In this document: piece by piece, positions 12,670 through 25,528 of the stretch
Layout: each line of letters starts with the position of its first letter
Numbering within the stretch: position 1 is the first letter of the stretch
Assembly: GCF_006345805.1 (NCBI RefSeq)
Contig: NC_043008.1
Location: 79,112,001 to 79,176,000 of the forward strand
DNA length: 64,000 nucleotides
Direction: 5' to 3'
Origin: Octopus sinensis
Taxonomy: Eukaryota
Position numbers and translations under genes: made by a program
The notes under the pieces: model-generated
Told to the model about the DNA's origin: nothing
Database searches by the model: none
Seen by the model: the letters and a program-made list of their open reading frames with translations, nothing else

Positions 12670-13000
12670 CTGGGCTACATGGTACCAGTAGCACTTGAGA
12701 GCGACATGAAGCAAGGCTGCGTGATGGTTCCCACACTCTTCAGCTTCATGCTTGCCACCATGCTCTTCCACACCCTGTCAAAGTCTGATGCTGGTGTCGC
12801 TATGCGCTACAGTTGTGACGGCCGATTCTTTGACCTCAGACATCCGAAGGCAAAAACCAAAGCACTGGACGCCCTTGTGAGAGACTTCCTGTTTGCAGAC
12901 GATTGTGCGCTTGCAGCATTGAATGAACCAGACCTGCAAGGACTTGCCACTTGTCTCACAGAAGCAGCAAAAGCCTTCGGATAAACCATCAGCCTGCGGG
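12670..13000 (+). mobile_element. BovB-like RT fragment (motifs 4-5), opposite in orientation to the adjacent relic
   Basis: KQGCVMVPTLF...DGRFFDLR..KAKTK..VRDFLFADD. Confidence 0.85.
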
Positions 13001-13329
13001 GCTGTTGCCTAAGGAAAAAACCTTGCACCAAGCGGCTACTCACACAAGTTATTTGGTTGGTCTGGTGGTGGTTTATGGGCAGGTAGGAGGAGTTACATAT
13101 AGGTATCTAGGGAGTGAATTTTAAAAAATAGCATGTTTTCTTCAACAGAAGATCACGCTGAGCCAGCAAGAACCAGAATGAATCTAGCAGAGGAAAAGAG
13201 CAAGCTTCTTGTTGGAAGTTTAAAAGTCCATCAGTGGCTACAATAGAGAGAGGGAGAAAAGGAGAGACAGAGAAAGCAAGAGAGAGAGACATATAAGGGA
13301 TTTTAAGCAGTGAACTGAAAACCACCAAG

Positions 13330-15889
13330 CTGGGTAGCCCCAGCCAGTTAGGTGCTGTCCTGTCACAGCCCACCTGCTTCATTGGGCACATGGGGCTTAG
13401 GGAAACTAATATCCTGAATCATGGGCTGTAAACACTGCACCAAGAACAATGAACAGAAAAGCAAACAAACAACACAAAAAACCAGCATTCAAACTCAGAT
13501 ATTGGAACATAAAGTCCATGACAACTGGCCTGTCAGAGGATCTTCAAAAGATCAGAGATACATGCAAGACAGCAGTCATCAACAATGAAATGCTATGACT
13601 CCGAGTGAACATTGCAGCACTCCAAGAAGCAAGGTACCCAATTTGGGGATCCTTCATGTAAGAGAGTATACCTTTTCCTGGAAAGGGAAAGGCATAGATG
13701 AAGTAAGAGAGTATGGTGTCAACTCTGCCATGAGGAACTCTGTGTTGAAGTTGGTAGAACTCAGCAGTGATGGTTCAGAGCAGATACTCTCACTCCAATT
13801 ACACACATCTGATGGGCCTGCCAACCTTATCAGTGCTGATGTCCCAACCCTCTATTCCACACAAGAAGCCAAGGATAAGTTCTACGATCAGCTCTCTAAG
13901 AATATACAAGTGATTTCAAATAGAGAACATGGTGACTTCAATGCTGGAGTGGGAGCTGATCACAACTCCTGGCAACATGAATGAAAATGGGCAACAGCTG
14001 CTTGAGCTCTGTATGCTCCATGGACTATGTGTCACCAACACCTACTTCCAGGCCAAAGCTCAACACAGGGTCTCCTGACATCACCCTCACTCAGGCACTG
14101 GCACCAGCTAGATCTGATCATCACAAGATGCAACCACCTGAGGAATGTGCTCTTGACTTGGTCTTTTCAGAGTGCTAATTGTGACACAGACCACTCCCTA
14201 ATCAAGTGATGCACTGTGCCAAGCTCCCAGGCAAGCAGTGTATGAATACTACTGCAACTCTGCAGCCAACTTAGACAGATGCATTCCCCAAGATACTAGA
14301 AGTTGCCCTCCTTACAGACCCACCAGAAGGAAATGTTTAGCAGAGATGGGACTCTCTCAGATGTGGTGTGCAAGAGAGACGACTGTGCTGGTATGGTCAT
14401 GTGGTGAGAATAAATGAGGATAGCTAAGCGAAAAAGTGCTACACCCTAGCGGTTGAGGAAACCTGTGGAAGAGGTAGACCCAGGAAGACCTGGGATGAGG
14501 TGGTGAAGCATGACCTTCGAACTTTAGGCCTCACCGAGATCTTTGGAAATATGCTGTGCTTGAGAAGACCCAGCAAGCCAAGTGAGACCATAACCTGTGG
14601 CCTATGCCAGGGGTGTAACCAGCCCACTTATGTGTACCTTTACGTTAAACAATGATGATGATGACAAAAAGTGTTGTTCAATTTGATAGCTCTTCTTCGG
14701 AGGCATTCAACATACATATAGGCATGAAGCAGGAGTATGTGCTTGCTCCCATCCTGTTTGGCATCTTTTTTGCAGTTATGCTGAAACATGCATTTGAGAC
14801 AATAACTGGTCAGATCAGACGGTAAACAACAGATCAGACGGTAAACTGTTTAGTCTGTCAAGGCTGAAAGCAAAATCCAGGGTGTACCAGGTACTCATCA
14901 GAGAAATACTGTTTGTGGATAATGCAGCACTGACAGTGTACTCTGAGGAGCAAATGCAGCACCTCGTGGACAAACTCTCAAAGGCTTGTCAGGAATTTAG
15001 CCTATCAGTCTGAAGAAGACCAAGGTACTGGGCCAAGGGGTCAAGTACCCCCTCCCCCGCCACCATCACCATCAACAACTGCAAGTTGGAGGTAGTCAAT
15101 GAGTTCATTTACTTTGGCTCTACCATTGCTGATGACTTCTCCCTGGGCTCTGAGATCTACAGGCAAATTGGATAAGCATCCTCCACGTTTGCCAGGCTCA
15201 CAAAGAGAATTTTGGAAGACAGAAAACTGGCTGCAAACACCAAGATTGCTTCTATAAGGCACATATCCTTAGTGCGCTGCTTTACGGCAGTGAGACATGG
15301 ACCTCTACTCCAGATAGGAGTGGCGTTTCAACGTCTTTCACCTTCATAATTTGAGACGCATCTTGGATATCAAACAAACCAACCACATCATCAACACTGA
15401 AGACCTCAACTGTGCCAAGATACCCAGTATACTCACCCTGCATCATCTGTGCTGGCTCAGTAAAGTACATTGCATGTCAGATGGGAGGATCCCAAAAGAC
15501 CTCCTATATGGAGTATTAGATACTGGTACAAGAGCATGGGGACGACTTCAATTTTGTTTCAAGGATATCTGCAAGAGAGATATGATTTCGCTTGATCTGC
15601 ACATCGTGAGAGGGGAAGAGATTGCAAATGATCTCCTGGAGACAAATTCCGTGAAAGGGGATGAAGTGAGGGGAAGAAAAACAGGAACTCACCAGCAAAC
15701 AGAACTCAACAGAAGGAAAAACCAGTAGTGCCAGCAGAGAGCTCCTTCACATACAGTCAGTGTATGCATGACTGTCACTCCCATACGGGCTTCTACAGCC
15801 ACAGCAGATGCTGCACCACCATCAGCAGCTAACACAATTTCTTCGGGCACAGATCCATGGTCTCTCGAGACCAATGGATGCCTACTACT

Positions 15890-15895
<6 letters not shown>
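13330..15895 (+). mobile_element. Old BovB-like RTE LINE relic, interrupted at about 14340-14665
   Basis: Endonuclease remnants (GDFNAGVG, HWHQLDLIIT). RT and C-terminal remnants at 14730-15750 (aagcagga..gtgcttgctccc, ttacggcagtgagacatgg = YGSETW, RIPKDLLYG). Tail ccatggtctctcgagaccaatggatgcctactactac followed by (TA)n. Confidence 0.8.
14340..14665 (+). mobile_element. 3' fragment of the PHD-RTE family nested in the BovB-like LINE
   Basis: Matches 2175-2440 (ggtgtgcaagagagac...ggaagaggtagacccaggaagacctggg) and ends atgatgatgatgac. Confidence 0.85.
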
Positions 15896-15932
<37 letters not shown>

Positions 15933-17559
15933 TAAGAGGTTTGCCAATGTTCTACACTGTTAGAACCAAATAACAAATTTCAATTAAAAAAATTATAATT
16001 TAATCAGTCTTAAAATACAGGTTCTATTTAACTTCTGTATAAAATGTTTGTAATTGTGCATCTATAAAATATGATTGTTGTTCAATCTCTAATATACCAG
16101 AACCATTAAATACATATTAATATAGAAAGGTGTTAACATGGTATACAATATGTACAATATGATAGACAGCTTGAGAATAACCAGTTGTCTATTTTTCTAT
16201 ACTTCAGAGAGAGGAACATGAGCAATTTTTATGACCTTTGCAGTCTCTTCCAGACTGGCAAGAGTGATATGACCAATGCCAGATTTGAATGTTAAAGAAG
16301 AAGTATATACATGTGAAAGAGCTTGGCTGCAATCTGTCTATGTGACAACAGATTCCACAACTACTTTAAAGATGAGAGTTCAGCAGAAGAAAACATGTCT
16401 AAATGTAAAAGCAACACTCCAAAAATGTTCAAATGTCCCAGTTTACAAAAAGGAACCCAATCCTAATACTATAGAAAAATGAATGTAAAACAAATAAAAG
16501 GTCAACTAGTTGACAGCTGAACTATGAATTTTATGGAATTTAGACTGTCATCACATTCTAATTTAAGTACCAATAGTCAATTCAGTTACCTGCATAGCCC
16601 CAACAAGTCAAAATAAGCAATTATTAAACAATACATAATGTAAAATAGACTTATGATTGCTTACAAAGGGAACACAGTTTTGGAATGAAATGCTAAGAAA
16701 GTGACTGCTGCATTTTTTGTGAAAGAATATGGTGAGAGGGTTTGTCGTTCATTGCCAAGTATTCTTATAGATTTGTTGATTGTGTATGGACTCTTGCAAG
16801 AGCAACCAACTAGGACTGTCAATTGCACATGGTTTTTGCAAAGTTTTTGTTTCTTTCAACTATTACACTATGCAATACATTGCCTTTAACAAAGTATTTC
16901 ATTCTAAATTACAAACCCAAGCCATGTGATTGCAAAGTAAACTTCCTAACCACAGAACCATGCCTGTCCCATATATTTTGTAACGTTCAGAATTATGTCA
17001 TTAAAAATGGTACATCCTCACTAAACAAATGAAAAACATTTAATAAATGTACTATCATAAGAATACTTACTTTGATTTTACTTCTCAGCTTGGTAAGCTT
17101 ATCATTTGCAAGTAAATTCAGTTCCTCCAGAGAAAGTAAGGTAGGATTTTTGGAGTTCTGTTTAAAACAGTAATTAAAAGAGAGGTTTTAAACATTTTAC
17201 TATATCAATAATATCAGAACACTACTTCCATTATCATCGTCAATTTTAGTTTTTCTGTCCTTGCTTGTACAAACAGTGGAACTAATTTCCCCAAAAGAGA
17301 ACTTAATGTTCCATTATCCTGAATCATATTATTTATGATGCCCAACTTTCAAACACCTAATCTAATTGTTTGCCTTCTGTATTCTTTAGCCTATTTTGAG
17401 TGACTGTTAAATCAATTTTTTAAAATCACATTTCTTCAAATACCTACAACCATGATGTAATTTGCCATACAGTACCAAGAATCTGTTCTCAATTTCATGC
17501 TGTTGTCTCTGTTGATAACATCAATGTAATTAAATGGCCTTTGTCCTCTATTAGGATAC

Positions 17560-18540
17560 AGAGATCTCCAAAATATAACATCTGATATGGTCTAAAGTTC
17601 AATGTGATAGCAATGGCCAGAAAAGCCTTCTTCTTCTTCTTAGGTACCTTTAAGTAGCACACCAGGCAGTCAATGATCACCAATTATCTCTGTCTCTGGC
17701 CAACCGGTATGCTTCTTCCCAGGTGATGTTCAGTCTACATGAGTCTTCTTTGAAGGTACTATGCCAGATCTTCATTGGCCAGCCTCTTTTCTTCTTACCT
17801 TCTAGCGGCATCTAGCCCATGGCTGTTTTGGCAAGCCCCTCCTCTGGTAGTCTTAGTATGTATCCAGCCTTTCTCATTCATCATTCAGTTACAATTGCAT
17901 GCAGGGGCCATACTCTTGCTGGTTGGAGGATGGCTTTGTTTGTCCCTCTGTCTTAATAAGTGATTCTAAGGATCTTTCTGAGGCACCGCTGATGAAATAC
18001 GTCAAGTCAGTGGGTGATTTTTGTTGTCATCTTCCAGGTCTTAGCTGCTTAGATCACTATTGGCAGTTTTGTTGTTTTGTAAAGACGAATCTTCAGCTCT
18101 ATTCTTATGTTATTGATACACGAAAGTCTTCTAAATACTGCTGCTGCCTTGCAAATTCTTCAGCTTACATCTGTCTCTGCATTGCTATTGTTTGTCATTA
18201 TGCTTCCCAGATATGTGAAATTTGTAGTTTCTTCAAATGGTTCTTGTCCAACTTTCAGAAAAGCCCACCATGCATTAAACAATACTAGTAGAGATGGGTG
18301 GAATATATCCCAATATCTCCTCTTTGGTCTTGTGCTCATCCTATGAGATATTTTGAGTCCTCATGAAAAATTTGGTGTATGTACCAACAACACAATCTTG
18401 AAACTCCTTTTTCATAGGCCAGATTATGGCTTCATAGTAAGAATGTTTTCAACATGTGCTTTGAAGAAGACCAGCCTTACTGATTTTGAAATACTACCTC
18501 AGTGTCCCTTGCATGTCAGAAAGTCAGTGAAATAGGAAGA
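17560..18540 (-). mobile_element. Old RTE-type LINE C-terminal relics
   Basis: Minus-strand translation gives EETTNFTYLGSI...RICKAAAVFRRL, plus a degenerate ESILLYGSETW-like / EEILGYIPP region. Confidence 0.65.
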
Positions 18541-18567
18541 AGTCAATAACCTCTTTGAGTTGCGTAC

Positions 18568-20140
18568 CATCATCATTACCATTTAACAACCATTTTCCAT
18601 GCTGGCATGGGTTGGGCAGTTTGACTGAAAACTGGTCAGCCAGGGAGCTGCACCAGGTTCCAATCTGATTTGGCAAGGTTTCTATGGCTGGATGCCCTTC
18701 CTAATGCCAACCACTCTAAGATTGTAGTGGGTACTTTTTACATGCCACCGGCATAGGGTGCCATTGATGGGACACCAGCATCAGCCATGTCTACAATCTC
18801 TCTTGGTTGAGAGGTCTACACAAGCACAGCATATCATCAAAGGTCTCGGTCACCTGTCACTGTCTCCATGAGGCCCAACACTCAAAAGGTGCTTTTTATG
18901 TGCCATCAGCACATATGCCAGTCAGATGGCACTGGCATTGGCCACGACTATGATTTCACTTTGCTTGACAGATCTTCTCAAGTACAGCATATCATCCAAC
19001 ATTTGAAGAATGCTTTTTACGTGCTAGTTACATGACACTGGCATCGGCTACGACTACAATCTCACTTGGTTTGACGGGTCTTCTCAAGTTCAACATATCA
19101 CCAAAGGTCCCGGTCACTTGTCATTGCCTCTGTGAGGAACAACACCTTGTCCCATGTCTTCCTGGGTCTCCCTCTGCCACAGGTTCCCTTCACTGTTAGA
19201 GTACAGCACTTCTTCACACAGCTGTCCTCGTCCATATGCATCACATGACCGCACACCACAACTGATATCGCTTATGCCCAACTTTTCTCTCAGGATGCTT
19301 ACACTGTGTCATGCATGCACACTGACATTACACATCCAGTGAAGCATACTAGCTTCATTTTTTTCAAACCTATGCATGTCCTCAGCAGTCACAGCCCATG
19401 TTTCACTACTGTGTAGCATAGCAGTTCACACATAGGCCCTTTGTTGCCAGCAGAGATAGGTGCTCTTTGAACTTTGCCCAGCCTAATCTTATTCTAGCAG
19501 CTACGCTCTCAGAGCATCCACCCCCACTACTGACTTGGTCACCAAGGTAATGGAAGATGTTGACTACTAGTTTTTCCCTCTGGCATGTGATGGAATCAAG
19601 TTTCTGTACATTTTTAGTGTTAATTGTACCTGTGCACCTGTCACACACAAAAACTGTTTTCCCTGATAACCTTCTTCTGATACTGCAGTACCTCTTATGT
19701 CTCTTTAGTTTACACTAGATACATCTTATGGAGTTTCTACCTACACATTTTCCTATAGATTGAGCAGGGCCATCTACCAGAAGGGATTTATGATTTGTCT
19801 GCCTTCCTACTTACTAAGTTTTTGGTTTTTGCCAAGTTAACTCCAAGGCCCTTCAATTCTAGACCTTGCTTCCACACTTGAAACTTCTTTTCTAGTTCTA
19901 GTTCTAGTTCAGCTATAAGAGCAAGGTCATTAGCATAGAGAAGCTCCCAGGGGAAGCCTGTCTTGAATTCCTCTGTTATTGCCTGGAGGGAATAAAAGGG
20001 GGCTGAGGACTGATCCTTGGTGGACCCTTACCCGGAATTTTTCACTGTACTCGTTGCCAACCCTCACCTTACAGACAGCATATCTGTACACGGCTGGCAC
20101 AGCTCTCACTAACCATTCATCTATCCCTATGGAGGATGTA
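18568..20140 (-). mobile_element. Diverged, 5'-truncated PHD-RTE copy
   Basis: Reverse complement of the copy-1 3'UTR (ccatgctggcatgggttgg) and of the YLGDQVSSGGGCSESV and GVHQGS regions. Confidence 0.9.
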
Positions 20141-20199
20141 GTCCACTACAAAGGGAAAAGAAGCAAGAGTGTTTCCTGGAGGGACTCTTGCTTTTACTA

Positions 20200-21030
20200 G
20201 AAACTCTTTAGTTGGACCATCTGCACAAGACTTGATGGTTTTTTTATTTCATCTTGGATACCATAATTTAACAGAACATGTAACAAGGCTTTTTTGTTGA
20301 TACTATCAAATCTCTTTGAGAAATCCACAAATACAATTGATGCTTTTTGCTTCAAGATTCAGAATGTTTTATGATTCTTCTAAGAGCAAGTATCTGCAAA
20401 AGTGTTGACCTACTTTTGTGGAAGCCATTTTGGTTCCATCTTAAGATGAGATCAGTATGAAGAAAAATTATATTAAAAAATAAAATTGTAGAGTTTTGAG
20501 GCTAGAGTTTAATATCTCTGTACTTCTGAAGTAGGAAAAAAAAACCTTCCTTTAGATTCTATTTTGAAAGTAGAATAATTAAAGACTTTGAGAAAGTTAT
20601 TGGACTGTTTCCTTCACAGATTTTGTCACAAAAGTCCAACAAATGTTAATAGATGATTGGACCTTTCCAGATGGAGACTAGAAAGTTATCTGAACTTGGT
20701 ATTTTAATGTTTCTTAACATTTTTAGGCATTTTTTAACCTCTCTATGGTAAATGGATTAATTTAGATTGACCAGCTTACTGCTACTTGAACAAAGAATCG
20801 TTGCTAAGTTTGGTGTTGTGTAGTTTTGTTTTAGCAAGAAGTAATCTGATGTGCTGAAATCAGTTATCATGATGCTGATCAATAGTTTCCCCTCCATTGT
20901 GGATCACCGGAGAAGCTTCCTTATAGGTATATCCCATCCTTACCAATAATACAGCTTCCCAGGTAGGTGGAGGGGAATCTTCCTACAATAAATTCTCTGG
21001 GATACAATATTTAATATAGTTGTAGAATTT
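20200..21030 (-). mobile_element. Old RTE RT relic, probably the upstream part of the element interrupted by the 18.6-20.1 kb insertion
   Basis: Minus strand reads NQNGFHKSRSTLLQILALRRII, matching the RTE NQNGFRxxRSTxxQILALRRII motif. Confidence 0.6.
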
Positions 21031-21039
21031 TCCAAATGC

Positions 21040-24000
21040 AACTTATTCTGTTGTATTTTGGGATGCTCGTTTTTTTTTTCTTTTACGAAATAAACACACA
21101 CACTATATATTTGTTCTTCACTCGTTTATCACTGTTCTTATTCTAACTCATGTCCATTGTCCAGAAATCTTTCGTCACATATCTGTGACCTCCTCAGTGA
21201 CACTTTCCATCTGTGTGCTCTTGATCTGCTTATTCCATTCTGTTATTCTATGATGTGTATCCTTATATGCACATGTGTCTATGTTTGTATGTGTGTGTGT
21301 TTGTGTGTGTGAGTTTGTGTGTATGTGTGTGTACATGTATGCTTGTGTGTCATTGTTCTTAGTACCACTATGACCTCAGCCCTGTCCCCTACCCTGTTGC
21401 TGCTGCTGCTTCCCTTGAACCCAACTTTATGTACTGTTCTTGTAACTCACTGTGTTTGTGTGTTCACCCATGCTGCTGCCATCATGGTAGATACTGCTGT
21501 TGCTGCCATTGTTGCTAGTCATATTGTTGATATTGTTGCAGCCATCTGTGAAGTTACTGAGAAGTCCGTGTGTATGTATGGGTTCACCTCCTCTGTTGTT
21601 TGTATCCATGCCCTTTATAGTTTTTTTTAATGTCTCTAATTTTTTAATATTTATCATAGGTATGTGCATATAAGTCTATTGTATGTGTATTACGGTATTT
21701 GTATCTGTTTTTCTTTCTTTTTCTTTCCTTAGTCTTTACTTATCATGTTGTATGGTGTGGTGGTAGGCGATATTGTTCCATTCATGTTTTCTGTTGAGGC
21801 TTGGTCTGTCTACTGCTACATGTGTACCCTGTGTGATCTATCTTAGTGTCATGTCAGTTCTATGCGTTGATAATACTTTGACCTCTATGCAATTGATTGA
21901 ACCTCTATGTTCAGCTTGAGCATGTTGGTAGACCACTGACGTGCCTTTCTCTTCTTTAAGCTCTCGCCAGTGTTCACCTAAATACTGTCCTATGCTGTAT
22001 GCTGTCTCTCCAATGTAAGTAGTTGTCATGCTTCTGCATCGTCCCTCAGTACGTCATAAGCTATGCACTACATTCCTAACCTTACAGTTAACCCATGGGT
22101 TCATCCTACATACAATACAATTGTTCTCTGTACATGGAGACCTATCAAAGGGATAAGTTCTACAGATCAAAGATTTTATAAGGGCACCAGGCCTTTCTGC
22201 TACTTTAATCCGTAGATTAGCCTTATCTAATGCTTTTCTAAAAAGGTATGTTAGTTTGTCACCAAAGAACATGACACTCTGGTATTTTTTGTTGTCATAC
22301 CATGAGTTGGCCTTATCTATAATTTTTCTGGTCCTTTCTGTGCTGTTCCAGGATTTACTCCAGTATAGTGGGCAGATTCCCTTTGCATCACTTTCTATGA
22401 TGGCTTTGTACTTAGCCCTGGCTCCTTTCTACACTCTAGTCCTGTCCTTATGGTTGTAGCCAGAGAACTGTATGTGGTGGTTGAAGTGTTGTATATGTCT
22501 TTCCAATTCCTTAGGGTCTCACATACAATACATTCCTCATCACTCACACCAAGTCAGCTATAAGAATATTAGCATTGTCTGCTATGGCTGTGTTCTTGCA
22601 GACAAGGTATTTAGAGGCCATGGGTTTGGTATAATGGGAGGGAATGAAGATCTGGACCTTACTGTTTTTGGTTTCTAACCAGAATCCTATGTCTAAAACT
22701 GGTAGCCTATAGTTGGGGTGTTTTGATGCTCTGGAGGATGGAGTTAGTTATTTGCTGGATGCTCTCCATAGTGTTAGCTTCTAGATCATCAATATTGTCT
22801 TATAGGGTTGCTTTGGCTACTATGTTGATATTATCCACATACCAAGAGTACATGATTAGGGTTACGGAGTTCTCTGCTAATTTCTCTTTGAGTCTCCTAT
22901 CCCACCATACCATAAATAGGTTAGCCACATTGCCAGCAATACTGACACCAATGGCTGAACTTTCCTCTTGGGCATATATCTTGTTATTAAACTTAAATAT
23001 GTGGCCCTTGAGTGTGATCTTGGCACTCACACCCACTGCATGTGCAACCATCTTTTTAACCTGATCATCATTCCAGGGGTCCATATAGCTCTGGTCTACC
23101 CATTCCATCTCTCCCTAGGGGCCTTCCTGGCCATGGGTAGAAACAACTATGGTCATGTTCATCTAAGTAACCATTGTCACATGTCAGTGTTAGGAGGAGG
23201 CCCAGTTCTTCTGTGTCAATACCACAAAACTCCACACAACTCTAGCTGATGACCTCTACATATTTCTTCACAGCAAAATCAACATCAATGGATGGTATAA
23301 GGATACTACGTACATACTGCCTATTATGCATCCCATAAGGTCATAGGCATGGTTGCAGTCATTGATTCTGCTGAGGAGGTCCTCTGTGCTATCACACACA
23401 TCCAGGGACATTTTGATGAGAGGGCATATGATAATAGAGGAAGTTGATGGTCCTGTTATTGGGTCAGTGGTCACCTTATGGTCCTTGTGGAGTCTATACA
23501 GGGCCGGGATGGCATTATTAGTGGCCTGGAAGTTGTTGGCTGTGTGCTTCTTTGCCCCTAGGATGTTTGATCACATCATCATATGAGCATTGAGGATCTT
23601 CTCTCTCTCCTCATACTCCCATACTGTTGTTTCTCTCATATTGGTAATGTGGGGTTGCATCGCTTGGATGTAGTTTGGCAGGCTGTCTAGCTACATTCTG
23701 CCAGACTTGTCCCTGGGGGAGCACACAACTTCCCTATTTTTTGTGCACTGTATGAGCTTGCATAGGCCACTTGCAGGCTTCTTGTCAAGTTGCTGTGCCT
23801 TTCTACCACTCAGTCTTCTGGTGTATTGTTCTAAGATCTGTCTAAGATCTGGCAATGGTAAAGACTGCTTCTATTTCATCATTTGTCAGTTGAAGGATGC
23901 AAACACTTTTGTTAAAGGGAAGGGTTGTCGGATAAATACAGCTCATATTGTATGGCTTATCATATGGATTGAAGAATAGGGTGCGAAAAGGGTTAGTGTC

Positions 24001-24660
24001 ATTTATACCTGTTTTACTACTTTCTATCCTATCATCTCTCTGGTTATTATCTCTTTGGTTGTGTCTGTTGTTGTTATTACTGGTGGTGGTGGTGGTGGTG
24101 GTGTTTCTATGTGTATTGTTATTGTCAGTAATGTTTGTGTTGGTCTGCATGTTTACATAGGTGTTTTTGTTGTTTTTGTTATAGTTGTTACCGTCTCCAC
24201 TATTGTCTCCTGTTCTGCTGACCTTTGTCTTCATTTTCTTCACTGCTGCTACAATGGCTATTCTGGCCCCTAAGTTTGGCATGCTTGTATCTTTCTATGT
24301 TTGTGTATTCATTCTCTATAGTATGGTGCTGCTGGTGCTGCCTTTGACCCACACTTTAATGTTGCTCTTGTATCTTTTTGTGTTTGTGAGTTCATCCGTA
24401 TTACCATCATGATGGTGGATGTTGTTCTTGCAGCTGTTTGTGAAGTTGCTACCGTTGTTGTGGTTCTTATAGTCAACGTGTTCAGAGGTAGTATTATTGT
24501 TGTTGTCAGTTCTATGCATTCTCTGTTGTTGCTTCTTGCTAAAGAACAGTAATAAACAATTAGCAAAAAAAAAAAAAAACCGACCATCCCGAAATACAAT
24601 ATCTGTTTCAACACACAGCTTCACATAGCAGGAATCTTGCAACACAAATTCATAAACATA
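21040..24660 (-). mobile_element. Penelope-like element relic (RT + GIY-YIG) with terminal repeats
   Basis: RT: IGSMYVVSLY, SAIGVSIAGNVANLFMVWWDR..YSWYVDNI. CxxxxCxxC linker (SPCTENNCIVC). GIY-YIG: YIGET...LGEHW. Diverged direct repeats at about 21390-21560 and 24325-24455. Confidence 0.9.
21158..21202 (-). ncRNA. Minimal type I hammerhead ribozyme motif
   Basis: Minus strand: tgtca CTGAGGA g GTCACA gata TGTGAC GAAA gat TTC|tggaca. Intact core, perfect 6-bp stem II, bulged stem I. Confidence 0.75.
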
Positions 24661-25528
24661 AAAAAGTAATAACTTTCTAAACTTATTTCCAATCTCTTCT
24701 GACATCCAATATACTAACTAAACTCTACTTCATATATGTATTAAAAGATATTTCATATACTTTCAAGTCATCTATCACCTTCAGCTCTTGTATGCTAAAA
24801 TGAACCTATGGTATACTTATAACACAAATTAATATTTATTACAACATTCACAGTATAAATTTTGGCAAATATTGTCTAGATATACAAAGCTAAATAAACT
24901 GCTCAAATGAAAGTAAAAAACCCAAAAACTTACAAAGTCTCCATCACCAGTAATCTTTGATAAGCTAGTATTCTCGTATTCTCGGATATCCTGCAAAACA
25001 AAACTTATCAACAAAAATCATTGAATTAGAAATTTTTCAAATCAATTCAAAGTTTTAACTTTTCTTCCTTTTCCAAGTTCCATTATAACATCTAAAGACA
25101 AAGCAATTATCCTGATTATTTTGTACATTACAAAACTGATAATATTCTTGAAGTTGTGCCTCACATCAAAGTTATGCAGCTATTATTGAATTATCATTAA
25201 TGAGGCAAGTGAGAATGAGAGACTGTTGCAAATAAAAACATAAAATGTTGCCTGCAACAAATTAATAGTGTTTATTATTAAACATTAAAATCTACTCCAC
25301 AGCGAATGCAATGAATATTTAAATTTGCGAGAATTTGGAGTCAAAATTTCAGTAAACTTCAGAAATTGAAATTATAGGAAATTTCTTAGAACATGAATTT
25401 ATACAAATATTTCCAGACTGTCAAGCTTTTAATAATGCTTTCTTTAAGTACTTTTAGTAACTATTACATACATAATTGATAAGCAGCTTTCTCCATTATA
25501 ATATAAGATATACATATATATATATATA

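Noticed and set aside
16195-16500. Possible exon after tttttctatacttcag
   Set aside because: Stops in all frames and no recognisable protein motif.
16765-16860. FVDCVW peptide reminiscent of myotubularins
   Set aside because: In-frame stop 8 codons later, with no supporting exons or donor.
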